The notes: generated from the letters alone by a model not told the origin. A stretch of 27,634 nt of DNA from Candidatus Micrarchaeota archaeon (GCA_041694885.1 JBGFRX010000012.1:1-27634), one strand, 5' to 3'. Counted from the first letter of the stretch, positions 16,585 to 26,139 are shown. A program made the numbers and translations.

Positions 16585-19500
16585 TTATCCTCCATACAGC
16601 CCGCACGCAGGGCATTTCCAGCCGCGGGCGACCTTTGTCCGGTTGCAGTACATGCACGTGTGCACATCTGTCTGGAAGCGGGCGTATTGGTTCTGTGCCA
16701 TTTTCTTCACGTTATTCACGAATTCGAAGCGCGTCGGCTCCCTGCCTTCCGCGAGCGCCGCATCCCTTTCCTGCCTCTTTTTCTTCAGGTGCTCTTTGTA
16801 TTGCCAGGCAGCTCCAGGCAGCGCCAGCCCAACTCCTGCTGGACCGAATGCAGTCATGCCTGCAAGCCCCGTAATGCCCGTAGCCAATTTTGATTTTTTC
16901 ATCCCTTTCCAGATTCCCTGCCCCAGCCACCACGTAGTTAGCGGAGCCCACATCGGATTGGAAGAAGGGCCATAGCCAGTGAATTCCTCCTGGAATTGGT
17001 AGCGCTTCACTTCTGCAGCTATCCCTCTCCTTGCCATTGAGAACGTGGACTGCCTTCGCACGAATTCGTCTTCCGAATAGAAGTCCCTCCATGCCTCTGC
17101 TCCTCCTGTACCTGCGCCGGACATCCCGTTCACGAGGTATCGTGCCATGCGTGGAGCAAGCCGGCCCCTTCCAGTATAATCCACATAAGAAACGCCCGGG
17201 TTCGCCTGGTCTACGTAATGATGAACGTAGCCGCCGCCTTTGTACTGGAGGAAATCCTCTGGCTTCTGCTTGAGCGCCTTCACGAGGTCCATGCCTGCGC
17301 GGCCGCTCCTCTGAGTATGCGACTGCTCCACCAGGCCTCCAAGAAGGTAATGCAGCCCTGGAACGTTCGCAAGGCGCTGGAGCCATTGGTAGCTCCTATA
17401 ACTCCCTATTTCGCTGCCCATGGACTTGTAATTCCCGCCGCTATCAGCTATATCGAGCTTTGGAAATATGTAGGGAAGCATATTCAACCCCGGAACGACT
17501 TGTATTGAGCGTGCGAATACGTCTGCAAGGTTGAATTTCTTGAGCGAAAAGACCGATTCAGCAGGGTTGAGCATTGCCCTGAATCTCTGGTAATTCGTGT
17601 ATTCGACGTATTGCCAGGGGTGGAGAAGGTCGAAGTCCCCGCTCGGGGCGAGATTCTTGTCCCAGAAGGTGGGATAGCCGAATGCTGCTGTCTGGAAGCC
17701 ACGCATTAATCTGACGAACGGACTGCCGAGCATCCAGTTCAGGGATGCGGCACGATAAAATGGCTGCGTGAAAAACCATCCAAGGGGAGTGTGGAAACTT
17801 CTCGACTGGCCAAAGTCAGCTGCCTCGGGATGCATGGCGCCGCCCCTGTGGTACATTGTCTGGAGGTACCATTGCCTGCCCCACTGGGTGGAGCTTCCCC
17901 TCGCATCTCTTGTCACGGAATCGATCCAGCCCGCGAAAAAGCGCTCGTACGAATTCGCATAATTGTGGTAGTCCTGCATCAGTACTTTTTTGTCCTCTGC
18001 TGAAAGGCCCGGGATATTGTCCAGGAATCCGAGGCCTTTTACGCGCATCCTTATGTCCATGCCGCGCTCGCGGTAGAGCTCGCTCACAGCAACGTTGTCA
18101 GCCATCGCTTCTGCTTCCACCCTTCCTGCTGCGTAAATCATGGGTTCTGCGATATGGGCTCCAGCACGCACACCTGCGTAAATCTTATCCAGGACCTTTT
18201 GTATTGCCGCCTCTCCGAAAATCGGAACCAGGATTTGCTTTGCCAGGAAACCGCTCGGCTTGGGCCCTCCGACTTCGGATTCGGGCACCAATTTCACGAA
18301 ATCCATGTCGGTCCACAGGGACTTCCAGTCATGGGTTATATGGCTGAATTTGTTCAGGAACGCCATCTTCAGTTCCGAAGGGGCGTCGCTTTCCCTGAGT
18401 ATCTTCTTCACGTGCTCGAGCTCCTCGCGCGTGAGCGTGCGCAACGGCTGTGCGTTGGGGTGGATTTCCTGCGCTGCCATGATGAGGCGCGACTTCGCTT
18501 CCTTTGGCATGGGAAGACCTTCAAGTAATTTCATTATTTCCGTTGCCGCTGCCCCTGCTGCATTGATGCGCAGTGCGTATTCGGATGGTTTCGCACTCCG
18601 GAAAGAGGAGTAGCTTTCACCCTCGATTCGCGAGAGGAGGGCATTTATTTTTGATTTTATAGCTCCGGAAATTCCCGCTTCATCCATCAACTCCCGCATC
18701 TTGCTGAAGGCCTCCTGCATCGGGGGTTTCTTCAGTTTTTCGAGCGCATTGAGCTCTGCGTTGAGAGGCGCATATTTGGGATTGGCTTCGAGCTCACTCC
18801 TGTATTTCTGGATGTCGCTTATGTTCACGCTGCGCGTCCCATTTCCGTCCTGAAGAACGAACACGCCGTTCACTATCCTGTCGAAGTCGCTGACTGCAAG
18901 CCCCTTCACGTACGGAATGTAGCTCATGTCGTGCGTGTATATAAAGGGCGTCCTGGCATTCCTGAGCAAATCGTAGGTTATCTTCGTGTTCTTGACGAAG
19001 TCCTCGAACTCCTTCGCGTTTGCGGGCATCTTTCCATTGTTCATCTTTCCGAAGAAGTCGCGGAGCGCCTCGTCCACCTTGGAATAGTAGTCCCACGTCT
19101 CGTTCAGGTATTTCTGCGTGTCCACGCGCGAGAACCGCTTGAATTGCTCGAGTTGAACTCGCTTCTCGTCCCTTGTCTCGTAGCCATAGAAATCCCACTG
19201 GGTGCCGTTCATTATGTTCGCAATCCGTCCGTCGAGGAAGTGCTCTATGAGCGACCATGCGTTCTCAGGCCTCGGCATGTTCGCCCAATACTTTTCCCCG
19301 CGCACCTCGTGGAGCAGAGTTACCCTTTTGTCGCTCTGGCCTACGCTAGTCCAGAGAAAATTCATGTTCGCGCGCCAATACTTATCCTCAGGCACAGGCT
19401 CGCCCTGCTGGAAATACCACTGGCGCCTCTTCCAGGGGATAAGCGTGGTTTCCTCCTCTATCCGCTTCTGGTTCACGTTGTAGCTGTACAGGAAGTCGTC

Positions 19501-21861
19501 CACGCCAGTGGCCTTGCGCCGCTTTACTGCATCCAGCATCGTGCTCCTGCCTTCCGGAGTCATGAATTCCTCTAAATAGTTGTGCAGCCGGGTGTTTATG
19601 CCCCTGAGCGTCGCCTCGTCCAGTCCAAGAATGTCCTTTGCGAAATGCAGCTGCTTCCTAGTGCGCGAGAGGGGGTTCGGAACGGTGACCATGTTGTCCG
19701 CATCGTTGAGATACCATAGGTTATGGCCAAAAACATGGCTGGTTATCTTTAGCCATGCAAGCTTGAATGCATCGGCTATGCCGAAGCCCTCCCCTGTCCT
19801 TTTCCTCAATGCAAGGAAGGTCATCTGGTCCACGAACTCTTTGAGGCTGAGCACGAGGTAGCCGAAGTTCTTCTTGAGCCCGTTTTCCTCGTAATAGAGG
19901 TTGTTCCTTCCAGTTGTTATGAAGAATTTCCCGTTCAGGATCGCATCGCTGAGATTATGCGGCTCGTTTATGTGGTGCGTTTCGCGCATGTATCTCACGA
20001 GCTGCTTTGCTTTCTCGTATGCGTTCGCGTATTTTCCTTCCCTTTCCACATTGTCTAATTTGTTGAAGAGCGCATTTGCTTCTGCCCACGCGCCTGTGTG
20101 GCGATGCCTCGCGGCTTCCAGCAGGAGCTCCGCCTGCCTTTTTGGGCTCAATGTTACGTCTGAAAATATCGCGATGTATTCTGCGGGCATGTGCACCTTC
20201 TCGAGCGATTTCAAAAAGTCGGGATTGGAAAAAACCTTCTTCATGTCCATCATTTGGGAGAGTGTTGCCTTGAGCTGCGCCTCGCCCATCTCCCGTTTGA
20301 GTTGCGCATAAAGTTCATTCCAGAGGATGTTTTTCACCACTTCGTCGTACATCGCGTCCCGCGTGTCCTCGTAGAAGCGCTGCGCGTATTCGTGTATCTG
20401 GAAAAGTTTTCCGAGCTGCATCTTCTTCGTATCGGTCATGGAGGCGATTCCATAGAAGTATTTGGTGAGGCCTTTTGGCGCTTCCTTCCATTTAACTTTT
20501 TTCCCAACTTCATCAGCTGCTGCCTCGCTTTCGCTCAAATCAGCGTATGTTTTGCCCATCGCCACTCTTACCAGAGGGGAAGCAGCTGACTTTAGCATCA
20601 GACGCGCGGTGCGGAAAGCGTAATAGAACGAGGTGCTCGCGATGCTCACGAACGAACCGATCATCGGAATCCGCCTTACCCCCCTCACCAGCCATGCGAC
20701 CGGCTTGTGCTGACTTCCTCCAACAACGCTCATGCCTTTCAGCACCTTCTCTGCCGCAACGCGCTGGTTCATCACCATCAGAAGCTGATTGGAGATGCTG
20801 CCCCATTCGCCCTTTTCGGCCTGGCGCACGAGCGTCTTTTCGTCGCCTCTTTCAAGAACCTGTTTCCAGTCCTTTCCCTGCGCTGCTGCGATTTTCGCAA
20901 AATATTTCCTCAGTTCGCTCGCCTTCGAGCGCTCTATCGCGTTTTCCACATCCGATGAGAGTGGGCTCCCCCTCAGATCTATTTTCGAGTGCCTCCTTAT
21001 CAGTATATCCAGGAATTTCTTATTCCACCACGTGGGCATCGAGAGGCGCAGATTTCCCTCCGTAGCAGTCAATGGCCCGAAGCTGAACTGCTTGGGCTTA
21101 GGCACGCGTGGAACTGTTATGTCCAGGTAGGCAAAGGGGCTTTTTCCGCTGAAATACATGGAAGCAAGGAGAAGGCCGAGCATTATCAGCCCTGCGAGGC
21201 ATTCCGGCTTCGTCGGGTCAACTATTGTCTTGTCCTGGAGCTTGGATGCGAGCACGTTCAGCCCTCCTGCGGAAATGTCGTATACGATTATTTCCTTTTG
21301 CGAGGGCTTGAGCGTCTGGGTGCCCTTGTATTCAACATAAACAGTTAATGAGGAATTTTCGTAAAGTTCCTTTGGAATGGTGCAGGTTGCGTATGAGAAG
21401 GTGCCGGACCGGGTTGTCGTGGTTAGAGCGGAGTCCGTATATTCATAAGCGTAAGAGTACACATTGCTCGTTTTGGCTGGCGAGCACAGAACGTTCCCAT
21501 CCAGGTCCTTCACTTTTTCCTTTCCTCCTGTGCGGTTGTAGAAATAGAAATAGAGCTCCGAATCGTTCACCGGAGTTACGGTTATGTCAACCGCCACTAC
21601 TGATTTCATCTGCTCGGCAGTAGGAGTGCCGACTGTGCCGCTCAGATATTTCTTCATTTCGGTGTCGAAGTAAGCCAGGTTCTGGGCAGGGATGGTGGAC
21701 TGATTCACCATGAACACGGTTGCGTTTATGGTGCCATTGTATTCCGTGAGCCCGATGTATGTAGCGAAGCAGGAGGAGCAGGGGTTGGAGGAAAAAGATA
21801 TGGATAGGAATGCGAGAAGGAAGAAAAGCGCTGCTGTTAATCGCACATTTCCGTATCGCAT
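16585..21861 (-). CDS. Very large hypothetical membrane protein (signal peptide, ~200-aa exterior domain, TM helix, long uncharacterised region, C-terminal Zn ribbon)
   Basis: 1758-aa ORF. Hydrophobic N-terminus, TM CLAGLIMLGLLLASMYF, Gly/Ala-rich hydrophobic segment near the C-terminus, and CMYC-x10-CPAC. Confidence 0.9.
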   Translation of the reverse strand: MRYGNVRLTAALFFLLAFLSISFSSNPCSSCFATYIGLTEYNGTINATVFMVNQSTIPAQNLAYFDTEMKKYLSGTVGTPTAEQMKSVVAVDITVTPVNDSELYFYFYNRTGGKEKVKDLDGNVLCSPAKTSNVYSYAYEYTDSALTTTTRSGTFSYATCTIPKELYENSSLTVYVEYKGTQTLKPSQKEIIVYDISAGGLNVLASKLQDKTIVDPTKPECLAGLIMLGLLLASMYFSGKSPFAYLDITVPRVPKPKQFSFGPLTATEGNLRLSMPTWWNKKFLDILIRRHSKIDLRGSPLSSDVENAIERSKASELRKYFAKIAAAQGKDWKQVLERGDEKTLVRQAEKGEWGSISNQLLMVMNQRVAAEKVLKGMSVVGGSQHKPVAWLVRGVRRIPMIGSFVSIASTSFYYAFRTARLMLKSAASPLVRVAMGKTYADLSESEAAADEVGKKVKWKEAPKGLTKYFYGIASMTDTKKMQLGKLFQIHEYAQRFYEDTRDAMYDEVVKNILWNELYAQLKREMGEAQLKATLSQMMDMKKVFSNPDFLKSLEKVHMPAEYIAIFSDVTLSPKRQAELLLEAARHRHTGAWAEANALFNKLDNVEREGKYANAYEKAKQLVRYMRETHHINEPHNLSDAILNGKFFITTGRNNLYYEENGLKKNFGYLVLSLKEFVDQMTFLALRKRTGEGFGIADAFKLAWLKITSHVFGHNLWYLNDADNMVTVPNPLSRTRKQLHFAKDILGLDEATLRGINTRLHNYLEEFMTPEGRSTMLDAVKRRKATGVDDFLYSYNVNQKRIEEETTLIPWKRRQWYFQQGEPVPEDKYWRANMNFLWTSVGQSDKRVTLLHEVRGEKYWANMPRPENAWSLIEHFLDGRIANIMNGTQWDFYGYETRDEKRVQLEQFKRFSRVDTQKYLNETWDYYSKVDEALRDFFGKMNNGKMPANAKEFEDFVKNTKITYDLLRNARTPFIYTHDMSYIPYVKGLAVSDFDRIVNGVFVLQDGNGTRSVNISDIQKYRSELEANPKYAPLNAELNALEKLKKPPMQEAFSKMRELMDEAGISGAIKSKINALLSRIEGESYSSFRSAKPSEYALRINAAGAAATEIMKLLEGLPMPKEAKSRLIMAAQEIHPNAQPLRTLTREELEHVKKILRESDAPSELKMAFLNKFSHITHDWKSLWTDMDFVKLVPESEVGGPKPSGFLAKQILVPIFGEAAIQKVLDKIYAGVRAGAHIAEPMIYAAGRVEAEAMADNVAVSELYRERGMDIRMRVKGLGFLDNIPGLSAEDKKVLMQDYHNYANSYERFFAGWIDSVTRDARGSSTQWGRQWYLQTMYHRGGAMHPEAADFGQSRSFHTPLGWFFTQPFYRAASLNWMLGSPFVRLMRGFQTAAFGYPTFWDKNLAPSGDFDLLHPWQYVEYTNYQRFRAMLNPAESVFSLKKFNLADVFARSIQVVPGLNMLPYIFPKLDIADSGGNYKSMGSEIGSYRSYQWLQRLANVPGLHYLLGGLVEQSHTQRSGRAGMDLVKALKQKPEDFLQYKGGGYVHHYVDQANPGVSYVDYTGRGRLAPRMARYLVNGMSGAGTGGAEAWRDFYSEDEFVRRQSTFSMARRGIAAEVKRYQFQEEFTGYGPSSNPMWAPLTTWWLGQGIWKGMKKSKLATGITGLAGMTAFGPAGVGLALPGAAWQYKEHLKKKRQERDAALAEGREPTRFEFVNNVKKMAQNQYARFQTDVHTCMYCNRTKVARGWKCPACGLYGG

Positions 21862-21909
21862 ATCTGGGAATTAGGCATTAAATGATTTTTAAAGTCAACG
21901 GACACGCGG

Positions 21910-21947
21910 GTAAAAGTTCAGGTTTTTCCCATCTCACTGATTTCGCG
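21910..21947. repeat. 38-bp dispersed intergenic motif, copy 2
   Basis: GTAAAAGTTCAGGTTTTTCCCATCTCACTGATTTCGCG; 31/38 identical to each of the other two copies. Confidence 0.8.
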
Positions 21948-21959
21948 CGTTCGAATGCG

Positions 21960-24900
21960 CTATTTTTCGTACTCGTTGAATTTCTCTACGCCCGGTTCCT
22001 TCTTCTTCACCATCTCCAGCGCTCCAACATAAGCCAAAGCGGCGTTTATTTCAGTTATGCATGCAATTCCCTTGTCCAGGCAGGCGCGCCTTATCCTGAA
22101 CCCGTCAGTATTCGGCTTTCCGCCCTTGCGTGGAGTGTTCACCACAAGCCCAACCTGCATCTTATCTATGAGTTCGAGCGCGTCCGGCTTTCTCTGGCCT
22201 ATTTTGTATGCGATTTTGGGCCTTTTCATGTGCCGCGCAGTGCCGGGAGTGGCGTAAACGTCGAAGCCGAGGGTGCGGAGGCGGCGCTCCACTTCCTTAG
22301 CATGCTGTTTATCTTCATCCTTGAGCATGAGGAGCGCAGCGCCCTTTTTCACAGTCAGGTTGGATGCGGTGAGCGCCTTGTAATAGGCGAGTTCGTAGGA
22401 GGATGAGATGCCCATGCTTTCCCCTGTGCTTTTCATCTCCGGACCCAAAGCACTATCAAGACCCGGGAGCTTGAGGAAGGGGAAAACCACGCTCTTTACT
22501 GAATAGTGTTTCGGTTCGGGGTTTCGGGTTTCGATTTCTGCTGCATTGAGCGGCTTGCCGAGCATGACTTCCGTGGCGATTTTCGCAAGCGCAACTCCCC
22601 GCGCCTTGCTTATGAACGGGACTGTGCGCGAGGCGCGTGGATTGGTTTCGAGGATGAATACGGTTCCGTTCCGCACTGCGAACTGCATATTGAAGAATCC
22701 CTTTATTTTGAGCGCCTTGCACAACTTCGTGGCGTATGCGGCGATGGTTTTTTTGCTTCCAGGGGAAAGGCGGAGGGAAGGATAAACGACATTCGCGTCC
22801 CCGCTGTGCACCCCTGCATATTCAATGTGCTCCATTATTCCTGCTATGAACACCTCTTTGGAGTCGCTCGCTCCGTCGACTTCGCACTCTATTGCATTGT
22901 CCAGATATTTGTCTATGAGTACGGGGCGCTTTTCGCTCACTTCCACTGCTTCATGTATGTACTGGCTGAGTTCCTCAGGCGAATGGATTATCTGCATTGC
23001 TCTTCCTGCGATCACATAGCTCGGCCGCACCACCACCGGGTAGGTTATGCGCTCCGCGACCTCGAGCGCCTCGCGCTCGCTCGTTGCCGTTCCGTTCTCG
23101 GGCTGGGGAATTTTGAGCTCCTGCACGAGCTTCCTGAACAGCTCCCTATCCTCGGCAATGTCTATTCCCTTCATTTCGGTCCCGAGGATTTTGGCCTTCC
23201 CGTCCAATTTCACGGCAAGGTTTATGCTGGTCTGTCCCCCATACTGAACGAGCGAAGGCGTATCCAAACCCTCGTTCTCTATCACGTTCATTACGTCCTC
23301 GAAGCTGAGGGGCTCGAAATAGAGCCGGTCGCTTATGTCGAAATCCGTACTAACTGTCTCCGGATTGTTGTTTACCACTATGCTTTTCACCTTCATTTCG
23401 CGCAATACGAAGGACGCATGCACTGTGCAGTAGTCGAATTCTATCCCTTGGCCTATGCGTATGGGTCCAGAGCCCAGAATCGCGACTTTCTTCCCTTCGA
23501 GCGGCTTCGCTTCGTTTTCAGTTTCGTACGTTGAATAGAAGTATGGGGTCTTTGCCTCGAATTCTCCTGCAACTGTGTCCACCATTTTATAAGTCGGGAT
23601 TATTCCAAATTCCTTCCTTATTTTTCTGATTTCGAGTTCCGGAATTCCCTTCATCAGGCCGATTTGCGCGTCGGAAAAGCCGAGGCGTTTCGCGTTTCGC
23701 AGAAGTTCGTTGGAAATCGGGGAACTTGCTACTGTCTTTTCGAAATCAGTTATTTTTTTCAATTTCGCCAGAAACCAGGGATTGATATTGGTTTTTTCCG
23801 CGATTTCCGAAACGGTTTTTCCTCCGCGCAACAGCTGCATTATCGCAAAAAGACGCAAATCAGTGGGAGGAAACAGATGCGCGTCCGGGTTTTCGATTTT
23901 TGGCAGGCGCGTATCAAGAGAGCGCACCGCTTTCTGCACCGCTTCCTCGAAAGTCCTTCCTATTGCCATCACTTCTCCAGTGCTCTTCATCTGCGTTCCT
24001 ATTCTCCTGTCTATGCGAGGGAACTTGTCGAACGGCCATCTCGGGATTTTCACCACAACATAATCAAGCGAGGGCTCGAACGATGCAGGAGTGGTCTGAG
24101 TTACTACATTCCTTACTTCGTACAATTTGTAGCCGAGAGCTAATTTTGCAGCCACTCTTGCAATCGGGAAGCCGGTTGCCTTGCTTGCAAGCGCGGAGGA
24201 GCGGGAAAGCCGCGGATTGACTTCTATAACGTAATACTGACCTGTTTTCTGGTTGAGCGCGTACTGTACGTTGCAGCTTCCCACTATTCCCAATTCATCA
24301 ACTATCGCGAAGCTCGCGTCCCTGAGCATCTGGTGCTCGCGGTCGCTCAGCGTCTGGGAAGGAGCGACCACTATGCTCTCTCCAGTGTGTATTCCCATGG
24401 GGTCGAAATTCTCCATGTTGCACACGATGATCTTGTTTCCGGTGGAATCGCGCACCACTTCGTATTCGAATTCGCCCCAGCCGGCAACGCTTTTTTCGAT
24501 AAGAACTTCACCAGTGGGGCTGAGGCAGAGCCCTTTTTCCAGAAGCGCTCCCAGTTCCTTTTCATTTTCAGCAAAGCCGCCGCCTGTTCCGCCTAACGTG
24601 TATGCGGGCCTTGCGATTACGGGGTAGCTGATTTCTTTTGCGGTTTCGAGTCCGGCATTTACGGTTTTGACTGCCCTGCTTTCGAGTATGGGCTGCTTTA
24701 TCCTTTTCATGGAGTTCGCGAACGCCTCCCTGCTCTCTCCTTTTTCTATGGACTCTGGGCCTGTTCCTATGATTTTTACCCTATGTTTTCCCAGAACTCC
24801 CGAACGGTGGAGCTCCATTGTCAGGTTAAGCCCCGTTTGTCCACCCGCGTTCCCGAAAACAGCATCGGGCTTTTCCTTTGCAATTATCTTTTCCAGGAAT

Positions 24901-25187
24901 TCAGAGGTAAGCGGCTCTATGTAGACCGCATCCGCTATTTCGCTGTCCGTCTGTATTGTCGCAGGGTTGGAATTCACCAACACAACCTTTATCCCTTCCT
25001 CGCGGAATGCCCTGCATGCCTGCGTTCCTGAGTAATCGAACTCTGCTGCCTGACCTATAACTATCGGACCTGAGCCGATAATCAGAACTTTTTTCAGCTG
25101 GTTTCGCGTTTCATGCAACTTGAGGCCGCAAGCCCGGAAAGAGATGCGCTCTTTCCGATCGCGTTCTGAGTTCTGTTCTTTGTCCAT
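21960..25187 (-). CDS. carB: Carbamoyl-phosphate synthase large subunit
   Basis: IGSGPIVIGQAAEFDYSGTQAC, IEVNPRLSRSSALASKATG, a second ILGSGPIRIGQGIEFDYC repeat, NPRASRTVPF and an MGS-like C-terminus. Start uncertain (25223 TTG, 25187 ATG or 25118 TTG). Confidence 0.97.
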   Translation of the reverse strand: MDKEQNSERDRKERISFRACGLKLHETRNQLKKVLIIGSGPIVIGQAAEFDYSGTQACRAFREEGIKVVLVNSNPATIQTDSEIADAVYIEPLTSEFLEKIIAKEKPDAVFGNAGGQTGLNLTMELHRSGVLGKHRVKIIGTGPESIEKGESREAFANSMKRIKQPILESRAVKTVNAGLETAKEISYPVIARPAYTLGGTGGGFAENEKELGALLEKGLCLSPTGEVLIEKSVAGWGEFEYEVVRDSTGNKIIVCNMENFDPMGIHTGESIVVAPSQTLSDREHQMLRDASFAIVDELGIVGSCNVQYALNQKTGQYYVIEVNPRLSRSSALASKATGFPIARVAAKLALGYKLYEVRNVVTQTTPASFEPSLDYVVVKIPRWPFDKFPRIDRRIGTQMKSTGEVMAIGRTFEEAVQKAVRSLDTRLPKIENPDAHLFPPTDLRLFAIMQLLRGGKTVSEIAEKTNINPWFLAKLKKITDFEKTVASSPISNELLRNAKRLGFSDAQIGLMKGIPELEIRKIRKEFGIIPTYKMVDTVAGEFEAKTPYFYSTYETENEAKPLEGKKVAILGSGPIRIGQGIEFDYCTVHASFVLREMKVKSIVVNNNPETVSTDFDISDRLYFEPLSFEDVMNVIENEGLDTPSLVQYGGQTSINLAVKLDGKAKILGTEMKGIDIAEDRELFRKLVQELKIPQPENGTATSEREALEVAERITYPVVVRPSYVIAGRAMQIIHSPEELSQYIHEAVEVSEKRPVLIDKYLDNAIECEVDGASDSKEVFIAGIMEHIEYAGVHSGDANVVYPSLRLSPGSKKTIAAYATKLCKALKIKGFFNMQFAVRNGTVFILETNPRASRTVPFISKARGVALAKIATEVMLGKPLNAAEIETRNPEPKHYSVKSVVFPFLKLPGLDSALGPEMKSTGESMGISSSYELAYYKALTASNLTVKKGAALLMLKDEDKQHAKEVERRLRTLGFDVYATPGTARHMKRPKIAYKIGQRKPDALELIDKMQVGLVVNTPRKGGKPNTDGFRIRRACLDKGIACITEINAALAYVGALEMVKKKEPGVEKFNEYEK

Positions 25188-25227
25188 CAGATAACCTGGG
25201 TTGTATCCATATTCCTGTCCCAAACGA

Positions 25228-26067
25228 TCATTCCAGTAAGTACTCTATCAGCGCCTTTTGCACCGCAACCTTGTTCTTCGCCTGCTCCCACGCAAGCGAC
25301 GTGTTGGAATCGAGCACTTCACTGCTCACTTCAATTCCGCGATGGGCCGGAAGGGGGTGCATGGAGAATTTCGCTCCGAGTAATTTCATCTTTTCCGAAT
25401 CGAGCTGGAAGGGAAGGAATTTCTTCAGCTCCTCATCTTCCACGTTTAACGCGCTCGTGTACGCGATGTCCGCCTTTGCGCTGAAATCGCTGAGCGCCTC
25501 GGCGTTTTTCCCGTACGCCGGATGAGGCGCATAGCCCTTGGGGGAAATGAAGAACATCTCCATTCCGAATTTCTCCGTCCCTGCGAGCAGCGCGTTTGCG
25601 ACATTCGAATTTGGGTTTCCCACGTAAGCGATTTTAGTCCCTTCCTTAAGCAGACCTTGCTGCCTTATCGTGAAAAGGTCGCCCAATGCCTGGCAGGGGT
25701 GCTCCAGGTCAGTTGCTGCGTTTATCACCGGAACCGAGGAAGAGAAGGCGAGTCGCACGATCATTTCGTGTTTGTGCAGCCGCGCTATTATTATGGAAAC
25801 GTAGCCGCTGAGCACCTTCCCCGTATCTTCTATTGACTCTCCTCCTGCAAGCTGGGAGAAAACGTAATCAAGGGAAATGGGGTGCATCCCTATCTGGCGC
25901 AGCGCCGCCTCGAACGAAACTCTTGTGCGGGTGCTCGGCCGGTCGAAAAGAAGGCCTGCGCACTCCGGCTTCGGGAAGAAATTTTCCTCCTTCAGTTGTT
26001 CCGCCATCTCGAATATCTTTTCCATTTCCTCCTTTTCCAGGTCGTTCATGGACAGGAAATTTTTCAT
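25228..26067 (-). CDS. argF: Ornithine carbamoyltransferase-like protein (divergent aspartate/ornithine carbamoyltransferase family)
   Basis: PSTRTRVSFE, ESIEDT, PVINA, HPCQALGDL, MHPLPAHRG.EV. Start at ATG 26067, after AGGTGG. The ornithine-binding signature is degenerate, so the symbol is tentative. Confidence 0.7.
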   Translation of the reverse strand: MKNFLSMNDLEKEEMEKIFEMAEQLKEENFFPKPECAGLLFDRPSTRTRVSFEAALRQIGMHPISLDYVFSQLAGGESIEDTGKVLSGYVSIIIARLHKHEMIVRLAFSSSVPVINAATDLEHPCQALGDLFTIRQQGLLKEGTKIAYVGNPNSNVANALLAGTEKFGMEMFFISPKGYAPHPAYGKNAEALSDFSAKADIAYTSALNVEDEELKKFLPFQLDSEKMKLLGAKFSMHPLPAHRGIEVSSEVLDSNTSLAWEQAKNKVAVQKALIEYLLE

Positions 26068-26139
26068 TTCAACCACCTTTCGCGCCGGTTTTTCCTCATT
26101 CGGAAACATCATGTATGAATTTTTCGCAAACTTGCATTT

